64,000 nt of DNA from an uncultured archaeon (GTDB taxonomy: Archaea; Thermoproteota; Bathyarchaeia; Bathyarchaeales; Bathycorpusculaceae). Under the pieces are notes generated by a model. It saw nothing but the letters and a program-made list of their open reading frames with translations. It was not told where the DNA came from and did no database searches. Location of the stretch: contig CAWALK010000012.1 in the NCBI GenBank assembly GCA_963782915.1, positions 320,001 to 384,000 of the forward strand, given 5' to 3'. Position numbers and translations under genes: made by a program. This document shows, in pieces, positions 57,506-64,000 of this stretch. Numbering within the stretch: position 1 is the stretch's first letter; each line of letters starts with the position of its first letter.

Positions 57506-58719
57506 GTTGAGGCGACTCTTAGCTTTCCTTCTTGTTGCAGTCATCATTGTAGCCTCGGTTATAACTGCCCAACAACTGCTTCCCTCGCTCAACACAAACA
57601 GCAACCAGAACCCACCCGGCGACTTCCATTTTGGCGTTTCATGGGGCGGCAACACCACAGCCCAAGCCAAACTCCTCATTGACAGAGTTAAAAACTTCAC
57701 CAACCTCTTCGTCATCCAATCCGGGCCTGTCAGCGTAAACGAAACAGCCCTAAACGAAATCGCCGACTACGCCGTCTCTTCCGGGTTAGATGTGATTGCC
57801 TACTTCGGTTTCTTCCGAGCTAACGAGACGTGGCAGGTGCCGTGGTTGTCTTATGCGCAGCAACGGTGGGGCAGCAGCTTCTTGGGCGTTTACATGCATG
57901 ATGAACCGGGCGGCGTAACCATAGATGCCAACTGGACCGGATACTTCGAGCAACTCAGCATACGCAACAGCTCAATCAACTACGAGCATCAACCCGCCAT
58001 CGATTTAGCCCTAAACGGTACTTTGCCGCTTGATAGTTACCAACTTAACCAAACTGCCTACCACTTCAATACCGAACTCCAAATCAGACCCAAACCTCAA
58101 CGAACTAAAAAACCGTCAAATCCACAGTTACACCAGCGATTATGCGCTTTACTGGTTTGACTACAAAGGCGGCTACGACACCATATTCGCCGAGTTAGGC
58201 TCCAACCAAAGCACCACCCAAACCATCGCACTCGCCCGGGGAGCCGCAAATATGCAAAACAAAACTTGGGGCACAATAATCACCTGGACCTACAATCAAC
58301 CGCCCTATCTGGTAAATGGGGCAGTCATGTATAGTCAGCTCCTCCTCAGCTATATGGCAGGTGCACAGTACGCTGTGATTTTTGATTATCCGCAAGTCGG
58401 CGACAATCCGTACGGGGTGTTGACTGAGGATCATTTTGCTGCTATGGAACGTTTCTGGAAAGATATTCAATCCGCAAGTTTTGACGGGGCCGCGAAGGCT
58501 GCTTACGTGTTGCCCTATGCTTACGGTTGGGGTATGCGTAGCGAGAACGATTCGATTTGGGGCCTGTGGCCTCCAGATAACAGTTCAGCGCAGATTTGGA
58601 GTAACATGCAAACGCTGCTCTCGAAGTATAGTATCGGTTTGGACATAGTTTACGATGATCCACAGTTTCCCATAGACGGCAGGTACCCGCAGGTTTATTG
58701 GTGGAATCAGACGCTCTAA
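57506..58719 (+). CDS. Paralog of 43562-44716 (putative glycoside-hydrolase-like), frameshift near 58085
   Basis: HDEPGG, SDYALYWFDY, AELGSN, RGAA, WGTIITW, YGWGMR, IWGLW. Confidence 0.8.
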
Positions 58720-58845
58720 ATTATTCGACGCCTTGTTGTATCGGTAAGTTAGCTATATCTCAATTGCATGTGGCAATCTATGGTTAAACTGTAAATTATT
58801 ACAGTTTTAGATTCTGAATATTGAACTTTTAGGCATCAAAAATAT

Positions 58846-59574
58846 ATGCAAGAAGCAAGCCGTATCTTCAATCCCTTGAAGATGGAGCCCTTGCTAAACG
58901 CTATACGCTCAATAACACTGTTGCTGCTTCTCTGCATAGCGGGCGCTACATTCATAGGCTCAGTCGCAGCCCAAACCGTTGACGAAGACCCGGTATTCTT
59001 CGTAGTGGGCGACGGTTCTATCTACAGTGGCGGCGTCGGCTGGTACGCTGGATATGTAATATCAGGAGACTCAGGCACCTATACGCTTCAAATCTCCGCT
59101 AATGGACCAGAAGGCCGATTCCCAGTAACTGACGTAAAAGTGGTTGTTTGCGTAAGTGATGAAGCCACCCAAACAGCTACAGTAACCGTCGCTCCAAACA
59201 CAGCCCACCCCTTGGAATTGAAGGGGTATAACGCAACCCAACCCGGCTATTTTCCGCCGGGAGGCGTCTTCTCAGAACATGACTACTACGGTTACAACGA
59301 CACCTACCATGTTGCTGAATTAACTTATAGCCAAACCCATCACCCAACCAACCACTATGACCTTCAAGTGACTGTGACATTTGCAGCAGGCGCAACCGAA
59401 AATAGCAAAGTCATGTTCCTCTGCTACGGCATAGACTCAAAAGGCGACCCAGCTAAAACACCGTTTAGCGGTGGAACACTCATCGTTGCCCTACCCGAAT
59501 TCGCCGTGGCACCTGTGGCTGTTCTTGTTTGCTTTGCAGCTTTTGCGGTTTACAGAAAGCAAAAGACCAGATAA
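58846..59574 (+). CDS. Surface protein with PEF-CTERM sorting signal
   Basis: Signal peptide and C-terminal LPEF + TM helix + RKQKTR. Confidence 0.8.
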   Translation: MQEASRIFNPLKMEPLLNAIRSITLLLLLCIAGATFIGSVAAQTVDEDPVFFVVGDGSIYSGGVGWYAGYVISGDSGTYTLQISANGPEGRFPVTDVKVVVCVSDEATQTATVTVAPNTAHPLELKGYNATQPGYFPPGGVFSEHDYYGYNDTYHVAELTYSQTHHPTNHYDLQVTVTFAAGATENSKVMFLCYGIDSKGDPAKTPFSGGTLIVALPEFAVAPVAVLVCFAAFAVYRKQKTR

Positions 59575-59636
59575 TTCACCAATTTCCCGATTTTGCTGCG
59601 AATGCACTATAAGCCCCGCAGCTCCTATGGTATGAA

Positions 59637-59831
59637 ATGCAACCTAACCAGCAAAGAATCCAAATCAAACCTGGCGCCCACGTAAAAATCGTCCTAAAAC
59701 AGCACCAGCGAAGCGGCACCTTAACCGAGGGCATAGTTAAAGAAATCCTCACCAGCAGCCCGACTCATCCTCATGGAATCAAGGTTAGGTTAACCGATGG
59801 CAAAGTCGGTAGAGTACAATTAATAATGTGA
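59637..59831 (+). CDS. YwbE/DUF2196 family protein
   Basis: IKPG..V.IVLK..QRSG.LTEGIVKEILTSSPTHPHGIKVRL.DG.VGRV. Confidence 0.92.
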   Translation: MQPNQQRIQIKPGAHVKIVLKQHQRSGTLTEGIVKEILTSSPTHPHGIKVRLTDGKVGRVQLIM

Positions 59832-59870
59832 TTTTAGTCTCAAAAAGAAAATAATCGCCGTACTGTTCTT

Positions 59871-61346
59871 CTATGTCGGTACATTTGCACCCCGAGAGCC
59901 TCGTTGACCCGAGATGACGCTATCCTTCTTCATTTGCAGCGCAATCCCAAACCCCACTGCACTCATAATGGTGGCGGCTAAAAAGGCATAACGGAACCCC
60001 AACACCACCAACCCAACAGAATCCGGTGAACCAACAACAGCCATAGGCTGCGTGCTAACCAACGTTGCGATTGTAACAAGAATAGCTAAACCCAAAGGAA
60101 ACCCAACCCGCTGAGAAGTAGTGATTATTCCCGAAGCAAGGCCTTCCTCGCCGGGTTTTGTGCCCGCCAAAGCAGCAATGTAGAGTGCAGGGAAACCGAT
60201 GCTTGCGCCAAAACCCCACAATACCGTGCCCAACTCTATTATTAGCAGGTTTCCTACTTCGGAAATCTGCGTTAGCACGGCATTGCCTGCAATCATGAAA
60301 GCTAACGAAATCAAAAGTACATATTTGACGCCTAAGCGCCCTACCAGCCTAGAGGAGCCCCAGCCGCCAATAAATAAGAAAACAGCTGCTGATGGAAGAA
60401 AAGCAAGTCCCGTAGCCAGTGCTGAGTAACCAAGTATCTGTTGCATGTAAACTGTTACTATGAATCCTAATCCGCCGCTTGCAGCCGCAATTATTAGCGT
60501 GAGAACGTTTGCGGTGATTACGGTGCCTCTGCGCAGAAAACCCAATGGCATCAAGGGGTCTTTGGTTCTGGATTCAATGGCAACAAAACCTACCAGTATC
60601 AAGATTGAGATAACAAGTGGTATGATTGTTTGCAACGACAAGAAACCATTGTTTCCCGCATCAGTAAGCGCATACACAAACAGCATCACCCCCGCAGTCG
60701 CAGTTAAGCCGCCCAATAAATCCAGCCGCCCGCTCCGCTTGCGTCCGCTACTGCCCCTGAGATACTTGAGCGCCAGAATCGCCGTTGCAGCACCAATCGG
60801 GACATTAACAAACATCACCGAACGCCAACCAAAAGCAGCCGTCAACACACCACCCAAGATGGAGCCAGCTGCAAAACCCGCAGAAAGTACCGCAACCAAT
60901 ATCCCCAAAGCACGGTTTCTGCGTGGTCCTTCAGGAAAAATCGTTGTAAAAATCGCCAATGCCGTTACTGTTGAGATAGCTGCCCCTACACCCTGCACTG
61001 CTCTTGCTGCAACAAGCGAAATCAGTGAGGGCGATAATCCGCCAATCAATGATGCGATGGTGAATAATGCTACGCCTATGACGAAGAGTTTTTTTTGGCC
61101 ATAAATGTCGCCTGCTCTTCCACTAAGCAATAGAAAACCTGCTAAGGTAAGGCCATATGCGCCTACTATCCATTGGGCATCTGGCAATGAAATGGCGAAT
61201 TCATCGCGGATTGTGGGTAGGGCGATTTGGATTATGGAGAAGTCGATTATGTCTAGGAAGGCTGCAGCGATTACTAAGGCGAAGGTTAACCTAACATGCA
61301 CTTGGTTAGGTGTTTGTGCGTTGTCTTTAGTGTCTAAGCCTAAAAT
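59871..61346 (-). CDS. DHA2-type (14-TM) MFS transporter
   Basis: DFSIIQIALPTI, QWIVGAYGL, GRAGDIYGQK, ARAVQGVG, GWRSVMFVNVPIG. Start approximate. Confidence 0.93.
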   Translation of the reverse strand: MLGLDTKDNAQTPNQVHVRLTFALVIAAAFLDIIDFSIIQIALPTIRDEFAISLPDAQWIVGAYGLTLAGFLLLSGRAGDIYGQKKLFVIGVALFTIASLIGGLSPSLISLVAARAVQGVGAAISTVTALAIFTTIFPEGPRRNRALGILVAVLSAGFAAGSILGGVLTAAFGWRSVMFVNVPIGAATAILALKYLRGSSGRKRSGRLDLLGGLTATAGVMLFVYALTDAGNNGFLSLQTIIPLVISILILVGFVAIESRTKDPLMPLGFLRRGTVITANVLTLIIAAASGGLGFIVTVYMQQILGYSALATGLAFLPSAAVFLFIGGWGSSRLVGRLGVKYVLLISLAFMIAGNAVLTQISEVGNLLIIELGTVLWGFGASIGFPALYIAALAGTKPGEEGLASGIITTSQRVGFPLGLAILVTIATLVSTQPMAVVGSPDSVGLVVLGFRYAFLAATIMSAVGFGIALQMKKDSVISGQRGSRGANVPT

Positions 61347-61448
61347 CTAATCCACCAACCGCAAAATAAAGGACCGTTAATCTAAAATTAGCAATTATAA
61401 AACAGAAATTCGCAGCTATTATATGCTTCTGGAGGCTTGGGCTAATAA

Positions 61449-61772
61449 TTATTGCTTGATTATTTCGCCAATGCCCTCTTTTCTGCCAACCTGCGTTACC
61501 TTTATCATAACACGCTCAAGCGGTTTGGCTTTGGGCACAGCTATAATGTAACCCTGGATTTTTGTCCTTCCATCCCCATTTGGACATAAATCGATTATGT
61601 TAACTTCTAATTCGTCTCCCACTGCAATGGGGCTTGGCTTTCCAGCATAATTGATTTTGAATTTTCCGCCCCGAACTCTTCTATGAACCATATAGAACCC
61701 TGCTTTTTGTTTAAAATGGTGTTGAGGGCTTAAATCTTCCGCAGCTTTTTTCTTATTTTGATGCTCTTTCAT
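61449..61772 (-). CDS. TRAM-domain RNA-binding protein
   Basis: PIAVGDELEVNI...GDGRTKIQGYII.VP...ERVMIKVT. Confidence 0.8.
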   Translation of the reverse strand: MKEHQNKKKAAEDLSPQHHFKQKAGFYMVHRRVRGGKFKINYAGKPSPIAVGDELEVNIIDLCPNGDGRTKIQGYIIAVPKAKPLERVMIKVTQVGRKEGIGEIIKQ

Positions 61773-62227
61773 CAGCCTTTAATTCGATTTTGCCGCATAT
61801 GGGGCATAAGTAAACTGTAACGGGTAATTCTTCCCCAAACTTGCCCAAAATCGCCGTTAAGCGGTGGTCCTTCCCATCCCTCAATTTTAAATTTGGTTTT
61901 ACCCATTGACATCTCAACACCGCATAACGAGCAGCACACCGCTTCGGCTTTTGGGGTTTGGGCTACTTCAGGTTCTGTGTCACGGTTAATTGTACTGGGA
62001 GCAACCGCTTTTTCTGGTTCAAACGTTGAGCGCTGATTTTCGGTGTTCCCTAAAAATTTGCAGCTAACCGCGCATTCACGTCTAGAATAGCAAATATAGC
62101 AACAGGACATTGTCTCCTCGTTTTGGCATCGAAGCTGTCTATTCGCCTTGGCTTTCTCGCTTTCCAATACGGCTGAACATAGTTTTTCGATTGTTAAGTA
62201 TTCGCAGCTATTGGCTAAATCCGACAA
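61772..62227 (-). CDS. Cys-rich hypothetical protein, probably frameshifted near its end
   Basis: CEY...C...C...CCYIC....C...C and CSLC, with CPICGK in the alternative frame. Confidence 0.65.
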   Translation of the reverse strand: MSDLANSCEYLTIEKLCSAVLESEKAKANRQLRCQNEETMSCCYICYSRRECAVSCKFLGNTENQRSTFEPEKAVAPSTINRDTEPEVAQTPKAEAVCCSLCGVEMSMGKTKFKIEGWEGPPLNGDFGQVWGRITRYSLLMPHMRQNRIKG

Positions 62228-62347
62228 GTTCCTCTCTTCCTATTGCTTAGTGAAGTTGATGTTTTTGCCTATCTGTGTTTTGGTTAGAATCTGCCTTAAA
62301 CTCGTTGCAATCCAATTGTGGGAATTTGACGCCTTCTGTTCTATATA

Positions 62348-64000
62348 GTGCTCACAAGTAAGCTTTAATTCCTAGAGTTTGCTTCTGGTTAGTTGGTGCT
62401 TTTTGTTGCGTAATATTCAGCGTTTTGTTGTCTTTTTATTTATACTTTCATCTTTTTTGGTTCCATTATGCGTTGAAAATACTTCTATTTATGCCCAATC
62501 TGCCAGCGACGATAGTTGGACAATGTTTAGGCATGACCCTCAACGATCGGGCTACTCAATCTCAGACGCACCTAACACCAACAAAACCAGTTGGATCTAC
62601 AATAGCACCTACGAAATTGCTTCCTCCCCAGCTATCGCCGACGGAAAATTAATAGTGATCCAATCAAACGGAGAAGTTATCGCTCTGAGTACTGCAACGG
62701 GTAATATAATTTGGACATATGCAACCAACAGTGCAGCTGATCTGGTTTGGAGTTCACCCGCCATTGATTCAGGAAAAGTCTATGTTGGTACACCCGACGG
62801 CAACCTCTACTGTTTAGATGCCTCCACAGGATCAATGAAGTGGGCTTTCAAAACCAGCGGCTCCATTGATTCCTCTCCACTAGTTAAGGATGGCATGGTC
62901 TACTTTACCTCAGAAGATGGCAGACTATACTGTTTAGACTCAACCACTGGCTTGTTTTATTGGAAAACACAAGTTCTATCCTCCTCAGGCATTTTTGCTT
63001 CTGTCGCCTATTCAAACAACTTATTCTACGTAGCCTGCAAAGACGGAATGGTTTATGGCATCACCACATACAACGGGAACTCATCAATAAGATGGGCTAC
63101 ATCCATTCGTTTACCAGTCACTTCTTCTCCAACCGTCAGCGGCAACAGCCTCTATTTGGGCAGTGGCGCAAAATCGTTTGACAACGGAACCTCTTACACA
63201 GGAAAAATCATATGCTTCAACGCTAGCGGTCCACAAGTGTTTTGGAGCACTCAAACAAGCGAAAATAACCTTGAAATCCTATATTCTTCCCCCGCTATCG
63301 CTGATGGCAGATTATTCATTGGTTCCAACGCAGGCAACTTCTATTGTCTTGATGCCTCAACGGGAGCGACTCTGTGGAGTGTTCAAACTGGGCGCCAAAT
63401 TGTTTGTTCTCCAGCGGTTGCAGACGGCAAAGTCTTTTTCGGTTGCGGTGGGAAGGGCACAATTTACTGCGTCTCGGAATATACTGGCGCCGTTGAATGG
63501 AGCTATGAGACTGAAAGCAGATGCCTCTCAAGCCCCGCAGTCAGCAATGGCGTTGTCTACATATGTTCTGGTTTTAGTGTCTATGCTTTTGGCTCTTCAG
63601 ACCCAATTCCATCATCAACGCCAGCGCCAACATCGACAACTTCAACATCGCCTGCTTCTTTGGAAGCATCTACGGCGACTTTGCAGGCTAAAACCGATAA
63701 CGACAGAACGGTCAACCTAACAATAAACGGAAACATAACATCTTCACAGATTTCAAACGTAACATATGCAACGGATGAAGCGGCGAAGTCAACCACTATT
63801 TCCTTCACTGTAACGGGTGAAACTGGCACTGTCGGTTTTAGCAACATAACCATCCCTAAAAAAGAGGTAACCTCTGGGGGTGCCCCAGCTATCTACATTG
63901 ACGATGCCATGGCACAAAATCAAGGCTACACCCAAAACGCACAGAACTATTATGTGTGGTTTACAACCCATTTCAGTACTCATAAAATATCGATTGTTTT
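62348..64000 (+). CDS. Secreted PQQ-repeat beta-propeller protein with C-terminal domain, multiply frameshifted, runs off window end
   Basis: Repeated SSPA..DG.VY.G..DG.LYCLDA.TG...W motifs, then an S/T/P linker and NITSSQISN...GFSNITIPK...VWFTTHFS. Confidence 0.85.

Overview
Archaeal chromosomal window, most consistent with a Bathyarchaeia-like TACK archaeon. That assignment is inferred from gene content and style: thermosome, ABCE1, Top6A/B, Cbf5, L14e, EgsA, TrmY, Cgi121, a PEF-CTERM protein and many PAS, PQQ and surface proteins. Many clearly essential genes carry 1-nt indels, most likely long-read or assembly errors, so split ORFs are merged here. The window holds housekeeping genes, a five-gene split glutamate synthase operon, three tRNAs and a stand-alone 23S rRNA gene with its processing stem but no 16S or 5S. 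The most notable signals are: (1) a voltage-sensor-like S1-S4 domain fused to a CorA-family transporter with a GTN motif; (2) a wHTH/pilin/coiled-coil/roadblock-DPBB/roadblock cluster with no GTPase; (3) an orphan CdnE-like cGAS/DncV nucleotidyltransferase with substituted catalytic residues; (4) a ~40-bp dispersed TATA+G-run repeat with at least 7 copies, bracketing the 23S gene in inverted orientation; (5) non-canonical tRNA T-loops with D/T covariation; (6) several candidate structured ncRNAs and a 23-aa Glu/Trp micropeptide upstream of ABCE1. All family calls are by eye from motifs; no database search was run.
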